Of a stretch of DNA of 64,000 bases, positions 37,801-50,620 are shown piece by piece. The DNA comes from Lingula anatina (Eukaryota; Animalia; Brachiopoda). Each line of letters starts with the position of its first letter. Positions within the stretch are counted from its first letter, which is position 1. Position numbers and translations under genes: made by a program. The notes beneath the pieces were generated by a model. It was not told the DNA's origin. It saw only the letters and a program-made list of their open reading frames with translations, and did not search any database. The stretch covers positions 54,352,788-54,416,787 of the forward strand of contig CM120640.1 of the NCBI GenBank assembly GCA_051362555.1. Direction: 5' to 3'.

Positions 37801-39410
37801 TGGAACAAATTTAATGCCACATCGTGAATGAATCATTTATTTATTCATTTGACATAAAACAGCTTCAAACGAGATAATAAAGATGTATGTTTTATCGTGT
37901 TTTTGTCTTTTCAGATACAGATAAAGCATTATGCCTTTCATTGCACATGGTGCATGCACATGCAGGGTTTTTACATTATCTGATAATTGTACTGAAACAC
38001 ATCAAACCTTAAAATAAAGACAGTTATATTCCCCATTTTGCCCAATTTTTCGAAAATGTTGTTATTATGTTAATTAAACCACCTGTCCACGGGTAATATT
38101 TTCGCTGTCATGTAACGCAGTCATACAGCTGACTGCAACAGTACAGTAACAGATAACAGTAGCACATATATAACCTTTTGTTGTAATCTGATCCCAAACA
38201 GATCTTCGTCGAGATTATGTAAATGACAAAGGCTTCAGGAAGCGGGGAACATAGAGGCAAAAAGGGGAACAGTGAAGTTGTTTCCTTGCCAGAGGAGGTG
38301 AGCATATACTTGGTCTTCCTCTACACAATACCTCCGCATTATTTGATGGTCGTAGTCACAGCTATTTGTTCAGTGTCGACAAGCAATTTTCTGTCTAAAT
38401 ACGCTGTCATTTTGACAAAAGACGGTAATCAGCCTTTCAAAAGGTAGGCCTACTTGTAACTATGCTGTAACATTCTGCGCATCTCCATAGTGACCCCTTC
38501 CTGGCGGTCGTTGATTAAAAGTCTTTGTCCTGTTTTTTCGGATAAAACAGATTTAAAGTTACACAATTTCGAATGACTACTTACATGTACAAGTCAAGTG
38601 TTGGTTGAGGCTTTCAAGTAACCAAATGGTATAAAACCAAAGTGTAATGCAACAAAGAAAGACAGTATGTATTCATGCGATGATCGAATGTGAAGGAAGA
38701 GAGAATTTATCTAAAGGGAGGCTTTGGCACAATAACATGTAGAAAATGAATTTGGCGTGTCTTGCCAAGCTCTCTTTCAAAATCGTGCTCAGCTAAAGTG
38801 AACGTCACTGTTGGTGTCAGGCAATGTAGGTAAATATTTCCTTTTTGCATGTTCTCAGACATCTATTTAGATGGAGGTTACACGATCATCACTTTCAAAC
38901 TCCTTTTTCAGTGTACAGAAACCGTCGGCAGATGAACAGTACTACAGAAAAGAATGTAATGTGTGAATAGACAGTGCGGGCGCAGGTGGACCTTCAGCAA
39001 GAAGGAATGTTGTCAATACGGGTGAGTTAATGTACACTTTTATGTCAGTTTTGTTGCCTAATATCTGTCGCTAGCTTTTATAATTTCCAATAATTGAGCA
39101 GAAGTGTGTATGATACAAACGAGGGGTAAAAATCGGGCAACTTTTAGCGTCACGTTAAGGTAAAGAATTGGAAATAGATAGTAGGTTGAATAAAATTTTT
39201 GTAAGATTATAAAATAAAAAAAAGAAAACGCAATAAATCATTTTGTAAGTTAAGTCCACGGATTTCAAGTCATTTTCCGTTAACTTAAAGAGAAAAAAGA
39301 AAACCAGTGTCTTTTTTCTTAAGTCCTATTTCTAAAACAACTGGCGAAACTTTCTTATTTTTGCAAAGACGTATATTTTGTACGCACGCCGAATATTTTG
39401 GCCCGCCTTT

Positions 39411-40120
39411 AAGGCCCTGCCACACTATATAGCGTATAGCACCAAGGTATGAGAAAATTTACACATACGCAGCCGAACGTAAGTGATTCTTTAGACTTAC
39501 GTTTTGAGTATGCAGGTAAACGTTGGTGTACGTTTGTATTAACACAAAGGGAGATGTTAAATTTTTTCAATGTATACCTGCGTTTGGAATACGTTAGGGA
39601 TACGCTAGGCACAAGGTAGAATGAAGTTAGAATTACGAGAAACGTAACGATGACCGAAACAGTAGCTCTTTTATGACGCCGCCTTGATCTGATCCACTTG
39701 GAAGTCAACTATATTAGTATTATTTAATCGAAAAAATGAACTTTTTTTAAAGTATTGTTAACAACAATGTGAGACTGTATTCCGTATAAAGGTAAGCTTC
39801 TAATGCTGCGGTTTGATACACGCAGCGTATGGATTGCATTTATGCAGCGTAGTATCGACGAACTAGTATCGTATGGGACATGTCTCTAACGATTAAGTAA
39901 CGTATGTTAACGTCTGTCTGCCGTATATTTACATAACCTTTGCGTACATTATTATATGGCGAACGCATTGACAAGCAACAAGCTGATGATATACCTCTTA
40001 GAATTTCAATTGTAAGGTTAACAACATGAACTGTCAATCACTACTTTATACCCGTTTATGCAATACTGTAACTGTACAACCTTTTTTTTACTGAGAGAGA
40101 AAGAGAGTCCAAGTATGTAA

Positions 40121-40161
<41 letters not shown>

Positions 40162-40766
40162 TGTGCGATTCATAAGTCAAAAACTGTAAGATTATATATT
40201 TATTTGCTACTGAATAATAATAAAAAAAATTATATGGATAACACATGTTAACGCATGATTACCGTATGGCAACGCACGTCTCAAACGATTAAATAACGTA
40301 TGTTAACGTCTGTCTGCCGTATATTTACATAACCTTTGCGTATATTAGTATATGGCGAACGCATTTTGCGTTTACCTAACGCATAACGCATGATTACCGT
40401 ATGGCAAACGCACTCTTTGCGTTTTATCATTTGTGATAAAACAAGAGTTCAATTTGCACATTTTCATCATAATCGCCCCAGATGAAGAGGATAGATGTAG
40501 ATATTTACTACTACCAGTTGGATTTGATCCAGTTCTTACTTCATAATTATCAACAAAACGGAAGCACGCTACCCATTACTAAAACGCACATGTATATGTG
40601 TTAATCATACGCTTATATACGGTACTTGTAATACACTATTTCTATGCTTCTTTTTTGTTCTTTCTCATACGCTGAAAAAAGGGAGATTTCATACCCTCAA
40701 TGTTGTGCTAATAATCGGTTTTACATACGATACTCATGCGTATTCTTTTACGTGTGACATCACCTT
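39411..40766. mobile_element. Non-autonomous TIR element (AAGG..TGTCACAC family) with internal duplications and a (GT)n insert
   Basis: Left end aaggccctgccacactata, degenerate right end gtgtgacatcacctt. ~80-bp direct repeat at ~39889 and ~40284. Left end shared with 53034. Confidence 0.55.
40122..40165. repeat. (GT)n microsatellite
   Basis: Direct run. Confidence 0.95.
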
Positions 40767-40985
40767 TAGCAAGGCTTTAACGTAATAGGGACGGCCATGG
40801 ATCTTCATATTTCACTATTCCGCGAAGACACAGTTCTTCCACATGGGAGAAATGATTGTTATATTCCGTGTTTCTGACTTCATCTATCCTCCAGTAAATG
40901 TAGATTCACGTGCTTTGCGCATGCTTTATTTTTGAACTCAATTGGATAAGGAGAGGACAGATAATGTCCCTTGATATGACTGTCA

Positions 40986-41288
40986 GGGACCATTCAGAAT
41001 AGAAGATCCGAGTATCAACTGGTCCAAGGCTCAAATATGGCGGACCCTACATGACAGGAAGACTGCTTAATCCTGCAACGGTCTCTCCGCCTCTCACACG
41101 CCTCCCCACGCGTCTGGTAGAATGGAGCCAAGAGTTAATTACTGTGCCCCTGCAGGGATGATGCGTAGGGAGGCGTGTGAGAGACGGAGAGACCATTACA
41201 GGATTAAGCGGTCTTCCTTTCATGTAGGGTCCGCCATTGTTGAGTCTTGGACCATCTGATACCCGGATCTTCTATTCTGAATGGCCCC
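40986..41288. mobile_element. Fold-back MITE with 3-bp TCA target duplication (PIF/Harbinger-type)
   Basis: tca|gggaccattcagaatagaagatccg...cggatcttctattctgaatggcccc|tca, ~125-nt imperfect arms. Confidence 0.9.
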
Positions 41289-42869
41289 TCAGTTAAATTG
41301 AGGGCTAAGCCGTTGATTTTCGAACATTGCACTCACGATCTGCGGTGGGTCTCTGATGAATTTTTGTTTATCAATTATCAAGTGAAGGCATGCAGAATTA
41401 TCAGCGGAGAATTTTGTAAGCTTGATTGAAGCCATTCGGCTTTATTGGAATTTCTTTTTTAAAGTAAACCCTATCACGACTCTAAGATTATATCAAAGAT
41501 GAAGTTTTATCGATATACATGAATGTCTTCTTTAGTGCCGGTGTCGTGTGGCATATAGGGTTTTTAATAATGTTTGAGATAGTGCTTCGTTTCTTGATTT
41601 GCTCGGTTCATTTCCCGAGCGGATCCATATACCGCGGCCTGATAAAAAGCAAGTCGATGAGCTAAATTAAGTATATTGATAATATTGTTATTTCTTAATG
41701 GAAAAATCTCAAGTTAAGCGTAATCTTGTGGGAATATGGACAATTTGCAATTTATTGTTCCGTTTCTCAAAGGCAATGTATCTTGTTTTACTGGCCGTAG
41801 ATTATGGTCTCTTAAAAACGAGAGTAACATATGCACTGCGGTATGTACTTCCCGTGTTTTACTGTTGAATTTTCAAATTTTGCTGCTCCAGTTGATCAAA
41901 TGAGACAAAGGGAATCTTAACCTCAACCATTTGTCGAAAAAAGCATTCTCACACTCTATATCTGTTTAATATCTGCAGTTCCTATTTACATAGCATGGAA
42001 GAAGATGCATCTTTAAGCTTGCAAACATTTTAGAATTGCGTGTCATGTTGGTGTTATAAGACAAATTAGTATTCAAAACATGACATGACATGACAATTCA
42101 GATTACTATTTCTGAATGAATAGTACACTTTTTCACCTCAGGAGCTTTTGGTATTTGGATTTATGTTTCAGCTTCTTTTGTGAACCTGGTTGTCAATTTA
42201 AATAAATCTCCTTTTTCCTCCTTAATCATCGCCATCAAAACGGAGATTACAACTAGTGTGTGGAATTACAGTTTGAATACATGATGGTATTAAAAATAGA
42301 GGCAATTGTTTGAAACTTATCATACCCCGGTAAGTGTTTTAAATATATATTCTGACATCGACATCTTACTGATCAACCGCATATTTAATGGATTAAATGT
42401 TAATATCTATATTGATATATAATCATATCCAGATGCACTGCATTTTAATTCAGAAAAAATGCTGTTGCATAGAAGGCTGATTTAGGTATGATTTTGTAAT
42501 TTATCCATTTGTCGCAGGTTTGGAAGCCTTAGGTAGCCTGAAAAATAGGAAAATCAATTTATGTAGTAAAGCTAATAAGAAAAGGCATCGGTGGATTGCA
42601 GATGAGCTGTGGCGTGCTTCCCAACCCTGACTCCCTACTTTTAAGCGAGGGGAAGGTAGGTCTACGCTCTTTTCCTAACAATGATAAGCCTTACAGCGAG
42701 TAGAACTCTCCATTCTACCATCCCCATTTGAAAAAAATATGGTGATGTAATAAAAGTTTGCTTGTCTAGTCTTTGTTCGGCCACACTGTTTTTTAACCTG
42801 ATATGGAAGTGATTATATGAAGATGAAAAGTTAAAGTAAAATGAAAGTGTTTTGATAGACCACAAAATC

Positions 42870-43260
42870 GTAGTGGGCTTCTGAAAGGGACTATGAGAAG
42901 ATTAAGCTCCGCATGTCTTGCTGGGTGACCTGTGTGTGGAAGTTGCTGAAGCATTGGGCTTTCCAGCCTTCGCTGCAGCCAAGTATGCCGCTGCAACGCT
43001 CAGTTTATCCAAGACTTCCGACATAGAACTCATTTTTCCACCTTATTGACCATGTCAAGGGCCCGTTGATTATCCACTGGTGATGACATTGACATCCCCG
43101 CAGATTATGTAGGTGTTGCATTACAGTAGATAATGAGGAGGAAGGACAAAGAGAATACTGTAAAGGTTTGAAACAGCACAGATGAAAACGGCATACCACG
43201 GTAGATGAAACAGGAAAGTTCCGAAGTCTCATGCATCAAGATGCAAGAGCTTCTTTCAAT
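42870..43260 (-). pseudogene. LINE APE-endonuclease fragment (L2/CR1-like)
   Basis: Degenerate FIYR, TYIICGDVNV (GDFN motif) and LQQ...H...ELNLLI (PTH..G..LDL motif) across frameshifts. Confidence 0.5.
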
Positions 43261-43846
43261 CCTCGGTATACCTGGTATAGTGTCTTCAGTCTCTATTGTT
43301 TGTTTGTTTGTTTTGTTCGTGGCTGTTCGCCTGACTTGTCTTTTTTTTATATTTTTCTTTCATCTGCTCGCTGACCGCCCCTTTCAGCTAGTAAATTTTT
43401 CTAGATCTTTGTTTTTTTATCCCAAATATTTTGCTTTCTTTTGAATTCGGGTTGCCCTTTTCACGGGCTTTTTCACCGGTCCACTTCTAGGATTTTTTTT
43501 GGGTGCCCTGACAAGGACCATCAAGAGTCATTCGCTTCCTGTGAATAAAGTGTAGCATTATTTACATAAGTCAAGAGTAAAGGTAGTATTTTTGTCTAGT
43601 TTGCCTAATATTACATTTTCGTCTTTAGTTCCTTAAGACGATGGTTATTTTCGAACCTGCTGATTGTTTTTGTGCCAAGAAAGTATAGTTATGTTTGATA
43701 TATATATATTTAACTTTGGGCAGCTTGAGCAATGCTGTGATTGAGAATAGCGCTCTATGGTGAATTATTGTTTTGGATCGAGGAAGGCCAAATATATAGG
43801 CACTTATGGTATAAATGCGACAGCGTGGATCCATAAAAAACCACGT

Positions 43847-43925
43847 GGATTCAGTGCTGCAAAAATATTGTAGCCTCGGATTCAATACTGCAAAAATATT
43901 GCAGCCTCGGATTCACTGCTACAAA
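43847..43925. repeat. 31-bp tandem repeat (~2.5 copies)
   Basis: ggattca.t.ctgcaaaaatattg.agcctc unit repeated. Confidence 0.85.
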
Positions 43926-45904
43926 TGATGTTTTTCATTGGACAGATAATTTTGGACGACCTTTGGGGCTTTGGATTTGATGCAACAAACTCCTGATGTC
44001 GTTTTCTGATTAAGCAAATAATGCCTGATGCTGTTTTTTAATTAAGCAGATAATACGTGTAAGAAATTTAGCCAATGTAATAAATGTGTTAAACCGTCGT
44101 TTTTCAACGCCATATGTTCCTTTTCATGTTTGTATATGTTTTATCTGAATATGTTGGTAATAAAAATGTTTTTAATCGTTTAATGTAGTCTACTTTTCTC
44201 CTAGAACGGATCAGTTCAATTTGACATAAATTGTTATTATTTTTCATTATCTTTACGCATTTTGGTCATTAAGCGCTCAACAGCAATTAAGTGATACTGA
44301 ATATCAGCCATATCTCTGTCAGCCAATACTTTTTTGACGGGGTCATTGTTAGACTAACGATTTTCGATATGTACACTGTATAATGTGGTATGGTGACGAA
44401 AAACTGCAGCGAATCAAGGTCAACATCAGTTTTAAATAACGCGTATTAGTGAATAGAATCCTGGGCAGTAAATGCGAAATTTCAAAAATATGACCATAGC
44501 CCGCTGATACGGAAAATATTAACTGGGAGCAATGAATTACTCTCATGCTCGAGGCATCTGATTTTAGTTTAAGAAGACATTCAATTTTCTGTGTTTAAAA
44601 CCACATTATACACTCTTTAACCACAATTAAACATTAAACTGCAAATGCATGTACACTGCTCAGTGTAAAAACATGACAAATAATGGTTCCATCAATGGTC
44701 ATTAGTCAAAATTCTATAAAGAGACAGATAGGCCCATAATCTTACGGTTTGAGCAACTTTGTTACATTATTAAAATACCGTATTTAATATATTTAATTTA
44801 AATATAATTATAATTGTTGTTGTTATAATTATTATTATTGTTGTTGTTTTTGTTATTGTAGTAACTGAGTGCAAAATGTACTTCACATTAGCAGACTTTC
44901 TTAACAACATATAGAATAGTACACACTGTTGTATATGATGGACAAGATCCCTTCCTATAAAGACGAAACTTATACATTGTATTTTGAAGCCAGGGACAGC
45001 CAAATTCGTTTTCAAGCGGTATCGAATGGAATAACTGGTTATCAGCTTTGCTTATTAAACATGATGCCACAATTTAAATTTTAAAAATTGAATCGGTGTT
45101 ATTAGCGCTACTAATGCATTATCTTTGGCGGTGCAAAGTTTGAATGTGACCATTAAAATAACCAACGTGATGTTATTTTGATTCATGAATTGGATTGAAT
45201 AATGGCCCCACGCATTATAAGTCTTGATCAAGCATCAGTCAGCGTTTATGTTTTTGGAACATACATAATTGCCTAGGTTCACAACAATAGGCTGACAACA
45301 TCTTCGCAAGGATTGAACCAGTGTTTGACATTGTTGAACATAACCGTGACATGACTATGGTTCAGATTGTTCAGTTGTTTCATAACACATATAAATTCAG
45401 AACAAATGTATCTCAAACTACACCAAACAATTGCGTTTCTATGTTTATATACATTAGTATACAGTTAGTGTATAAATGTGCATTTTTTAATATGGCATAC
45501 TTCACCGAAGTGCAAATGTTTTTAGTCCTGACGTTTATTGCGTATGACAGTGATTTTAATTACGCACCTTGTGTCTTTTTGCATGGGAATCGAACAGTGA
45601 TAAACTGGCCGCATGGGCTTTTGCAAATCCGCATGGTGCTGATAGAATTAAAACGTATATTACATGGCATTACTTTTCACCACCAAAGCAAAATAATATA
45701 TGAAAATCAAGCTTGTACTGAACCATCTATTCCAAAGCGGTAAAGCAAAATGTAATTGTAAATTTGTAAAGAATGTCGATAATTAGCTGAGTTGGAAAAC
45801 TTTAAAGGACAGCTCTGAAATTGTCAATAAGATGTCTGTAAAATAAGTGATTTTGACCGAAAAAGGTTCATGTAATCTAATACTTTAACTGAGACAAGGA
45901 GATA

Positions 45905-46170
45905 ACCTGACGCTCGTGTTATCAGTAAGTCAAGAATATGCCCTCTTCAGTGGGTTTGGAAGCTGACGTGTTATTTGGAATCTCTGTATGTTGTATAATT
46001 TGAATAAAGACTGGCGCCTAGAAAGAATGGGAGTTATCCACATTGATATTAAAATCCCCAACAATAATGAGCTAATGTTGCGTTCGGGTAACCTTTTTTC
46101 AACAAGAGAAAATTCAGTAACGGGAGGTCTGTAGATTAGGAGTATTAACCGGCAAGTAAAGTTTTTTTTT
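45905..46170 (-). pseudogene. LINE APE-endonuclease fragment (L2-like)
   Basis: LLIYRPP...EFS, LIIVGDFNINVD and TH*RGHILDLLITR motifs. Confidence 0.7.
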
Positions 46171-46599
46171 ACTTTCAAACGGGGTCGCACTAGGGTACTT
46201 TTCACCAGAGACAGGAAATCTTTGGGTTACAGCTACTAGTGGTCTCATACCAGCCTCCAGTTGGTATTTTTACCTAAAATTCTTGAACCGATTTTAGGAG
46301 GTAATTATAGAACGAACATTTTGCTTCTTTTCAGGCTGCAGATCTTGTCGCAGTTTTTGCAGAATGCGTCTTTTGAAAAGGGATTCAAAGTTCTGTGTTG
46401 TGTCAGTCAGCCTTTCTCGTCTTTAGCGCCTGTCCACCCGTCTTATAAAGGCAACAATGATCATCTGGCTTATTATCAGTCCATGCACAACTTGCATTAG
46501 AATAGTTTGAAAAATAGTTATTTCTTAATTATGTTTCGTTTCCTGGAGATGCTTTTAATTGGATGACCGGGTTAGAACTGATGAAATATAAAAGAGTCC

Positions 46600-46928
46600 G
46601 AATATATCGAAGGACGCCCAAACAACGCTCATCGGTCTAGCAGGAGGCTGAAAGATAGTAGAGTGGTTGCCACTGATCGCAGTGGACGCCGTAGGTTGCA
46701 CATGGGACGCACAGGGGAGGCAGGCAGGTCGCTCAGTGGACGCAGAGGTCGTTGCAGTTTTACAGGTAAAAATCAAGATTCGGTCGTTTAAAGGACGCAC
46801 AAGGGACGCAGACGCCTTTACACTGAGACACGATTTAATTTCTTTGGCGACCGTTGAGCGTCCTGACCACACGTTTGATCGCAGAAGGGACGCAGAAAGG
46901 ATGCCGTCCAGTGTAAAGGGGGTTTTAA
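46600..46928. mobile_element. Right-end fragment of a Harbinger-like non-autonomous element
   Basis: CpG-rich block with repeated ggacgca motifs ending cagtgtaaagggggtttta. Left end not found. Confidence 0.5.
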
Positions 46929-49900
46929 GACACATCTATACTGTATTGTTTTAAGGCACGATTGATTTTTCTCACCATGTCTGGAGTCTTATCAAAATCG
47001 AGCTGAGCTTGTAACCCCGTGTGCTCTCAACTTTCTTCAATACGCCGGGGAGTACATATAATAAGCTTAAAGTGTTGATGCATTCGCATTATTGAGTGTG
47101 AAATCTCGCAACCTGGTGCAACAGACCACAACCATTCAACGTCTAGCTGGTTTTCATGAAATTAAAGTGAAACATCTCGTATAATTGGATTGCTTGTCAA
47201 ACAGTTTTTGGTTAAAGGTTGACCATCACCAATTTTGTGCACTTGATTCAAGAGTAGAGAAATCTGTTGGGAATAATATATTGCATCGATCTTTTTCAAA
47301 GACACATCGTGTGTCTCCACGGGGATTTGTGTAATATTATATCGCATGATGTTTTAAGCGTGAAAGCAGTAAAGATAATGTTAACGTCAGTGTAACCAAG
47401 AATCACCAGGAATAGGTTTGATGCCATAGAGGGCACCAGCGGCCATTGGCACAGTGTTAAATCCGGAGGTAAGTATATCACCTTACTGGATTAGATTCTC
47501 GGCACAATGGCAAAAAATTAGCATATCTTTCAAGGTGAAGTCGGCGAAGCACTCAGCTAAATTCTATCAGCTATATATATCATAAATTTTCCTGAAAGTC
47601 AAATGTTGATTGTGCCTTTTGTATCAATTTGTTCTATAACGTAATTAGAATACGTGTTCTTTATATCAATTTTTGTATTTCGCTGTGTTCTACTTTTGTT
47701 CGCCTTTTGATATAAATATTTCAAATATCATTTCATTTCTAGTTTTCATATATTTACTGTTGATGCCCATTTGGATGTCATTTGCCGAACTTAATCGCAG
47801 AATATGTCGTGTATTTTAATCAATGTAATATGTAGTTTAAAAATTACCGACTAATCTAGCCCTTGTCAAATGAGTTGCCTCAAGGCTATTCTGACTTTCA
47901 TCGAAAACTTTCCATGCATTCTTTTAATATAATTTATCAATCAAAGTAACACATATGAGACTGATACATATTTTGTTGTGAATCTATAATCTATAATTTA
48001 TAAATAGACGTCTGGAGGCGAGGAGACCTTCAGCGAATTAGTAGGCTCGGCCTCGGATCTTCTATTTTGAATGGACTCATACGAACCTCTTAAAACTATG
48101 TGTGACAGACCATTCCATGATGAAACACTCAAGTAGAAAAGGGTGACATTTTATTTATATACTACAGTAGGTCTTACATGATCAATACATGCCACACCCA
48201 GGGAACGGCACTGATCACATCAGGGCAATATTTTACTAAATTTTACATGCCTACCTTACTAGTCCATGCCCACTGATGCACGACAAAATTTGGTAAATAA
48301 TATCAAACGACAAATGATCACTACGTATTCAATAATCAAACTCCAACAACAGATCCATTTTCGTAGCTGCTAGGAAAATCAGTTCTTATAGAAACATTTT
48401 CATTGGCAGTCATGAAATATCGTTTAAACAAAGTAATTTGGGTATATCTAAATCTAAAATTTGATACGTGGTGCTCACGTATGATCTGTAGGCCTACGGA
48501 TAATAAAAACGTTATATTTAAGTTTCGCTATACTCCGAGAGAGAATTACACAGTTTAGTCTACACAGTTGGCGTTACCTGTATGCTCAAAACCGTCTCAG
48601 GGTCAGCAAATTAATAATAATAATAATCAACATTCCTAGGGAGCTAAGGAACAAAGAGAATGAAAATGTTTATGGTGTAAGGATGGATTTGTTTACTGGA
48701 ATACTATCGCTGTGTCGAAGAATTGCAAAAACAATTTTCGGTGCCACGAAGTAAGATATGAGCTACGTAAAGTATTGATCGAATTGAGTCAATCCATTTG
48801 ATTTCATTAAGGAGATACTGATGAAATTGAATAAGGTGAAACATTTCAGATGTAAAAATGTCAAAAAGAGGAAATTACGTTATTTTTTTGCACGCCCACA
48901 TCATCGTTTGCGTCTCGGTGACTAGCCAAAATACCGTTTGACTGATATACGATGGAAATACGGTAATTCTCTCGGCAACAAAGGCTGTGACTTTTTCATT
49001 CCCAATACATATTAAATTATAAAATTGGTTTACCTCACGTTTCCAAATTTGAGAATAGTTTTGTATGGTGATATTTCATCTTGATCTTGATTTTGATATA
49101 TGCAATGTACGTAAATGTTATGTCAAGGAGTGGTATTGTCTGCTTACTCTTGCATGTATTGCGAATGAGATGGATTCTTTATTTGGAGAGTGGTGGGGAC
49201 ACCTCTACACCTACGGGTATTAATCTGACGCATCATTCTATTATGAAGATTAAATTGATCGTCTGTAAGCATGAGTCCTTAGGAATTCTCTTTCTCGCAC
49301 TAGGCGCGCCTTAAGTTAAGAGCACTTTCAGCAGACCAGATGCAATTATGAACATAGTTTGCATCATATAATCAGTTTTATTAGTGCTCGCGCTACTTTT
49401 TTTTTATCTAGATGAATTTTTTCTTCACTTTTTAACAAATAATTTTTACAAGGAGATCTTACCAAGCACCACATATCTTGCCTTTACCTATTAGCCTGTT
49501 ATTACAGTGGGTTATAACTAATACATATGTTAAATTGCAATAGTAATGCGTTAACACGTTTAAAAGGAAGTATTCATCTGGAATAAACTTAAGATATGTA
49601 AAACCATTCTCTGCCTATGCATCCCAGGTCTTTAAATCCCTAACGTCATTTGAGAAAACGTTGAGCTGAGAGGATAACCAACATCACTACACATGACCTG
49701 CGGGGCTCAGAAACCGTGCATATTTTGCACCTTGTTGGTTTCTAAAGCTAATTAAGCTAAAGTTTTCCAAAGAGTGAAACGAAAGCAAAATTTGCCATCC
49801 TATCTATCTGTGACGCAGATTGTGCAGATACAGTGCTTTATTAATCACGACTGTCTACCGCAAAATTTAATTACTTCGACCAAATTACCTGTTAAATACA

Positions 49901-50304
49901 CGAGACTGAATTATCAGATAGTTATTTTATTTGAAATTTTATTTGCAACTCTTAAACTCGGGGAATCTGTATTGGTACTTTGGAATGAACTATATTAGGC
50001 TTCAAAGGGCAATGGGGGACATAGATATCGAATAGGCCGGAGAAGGGGGAAAGTTTATCCAATGTCCGCTCAGCATTTGTAATTGTCTAGTATGCCTTGT
50101 CAAGCACAGAACTACACAACGCCGGCTTTGAAATATTGATCTGCCAAGGGCTGTCTACAATAAATGTAATTGACATACCTAAATTGTCACCACTGAGAAT
50201 ACAAATCAATGTTAAGATAATCACAGTTTGCTGTAGGGACATAAGCAAAAACGTAAGCTACCATTCATTATTTATTTTTATTTATTTATTTATCTATTCA
50301 TTTA

Positions 50305-50307
50305 GTG

Positions 50308-50338
<31 letters not shown>

Positions 50339-50620
50339 GTGTATGTATGCATGTATGTGTGGAACGCAACCGTCGCGATCTGTGCGAAACCCACAATTTA
50401 ACTGCAACAGCAGCATTGTTTACTTTATGCATCTCCTCGTCTTGTATGCTACTACTCGAATAAAATATAAAGGTCAAGTTTCAAAAGTCAATTTCGAAAC
50501 TGTTATATTGGGAATTACAACATATTGCCTCCCAAGGCGAGTCCCCGTGGCCGATGATGACAGAAGGTCAAAGATAGTTTTTTATCTAATAACATGGCTG
50601 CTTAATCAACATGTAGGCCA
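50305..50620 (+). mobile_element. (GT)n/(GTAT)n microsatellite-headed repeat, possibly HINE-like
   Basis: Microsatellite followed by aaggtcaa motifs; degenerate. Confidence 0.35.

Noticed and set aside
43847-43925. CRISPR-like repeat array
   Set aside because: Contiguous tandem units without spacers, eukaryotic context, no cas genes.
45150-45350. RT-like VFDIVEH motif on the + strand
   Set aside because: Only one short degenerate motif; insufficient without a profile search.
46555-46954. Overlapping 126-aa and 95-aa ORFs
   Set aside because: Within a GC-rich MITE fragment with ggacgca repeats; no coding signature.
46980-47170. Possible tRNA-derived SINE (similarly ~51340-51450)
   Set aside because: A/B boxes too degenerate to support a call; no cloverleaf.
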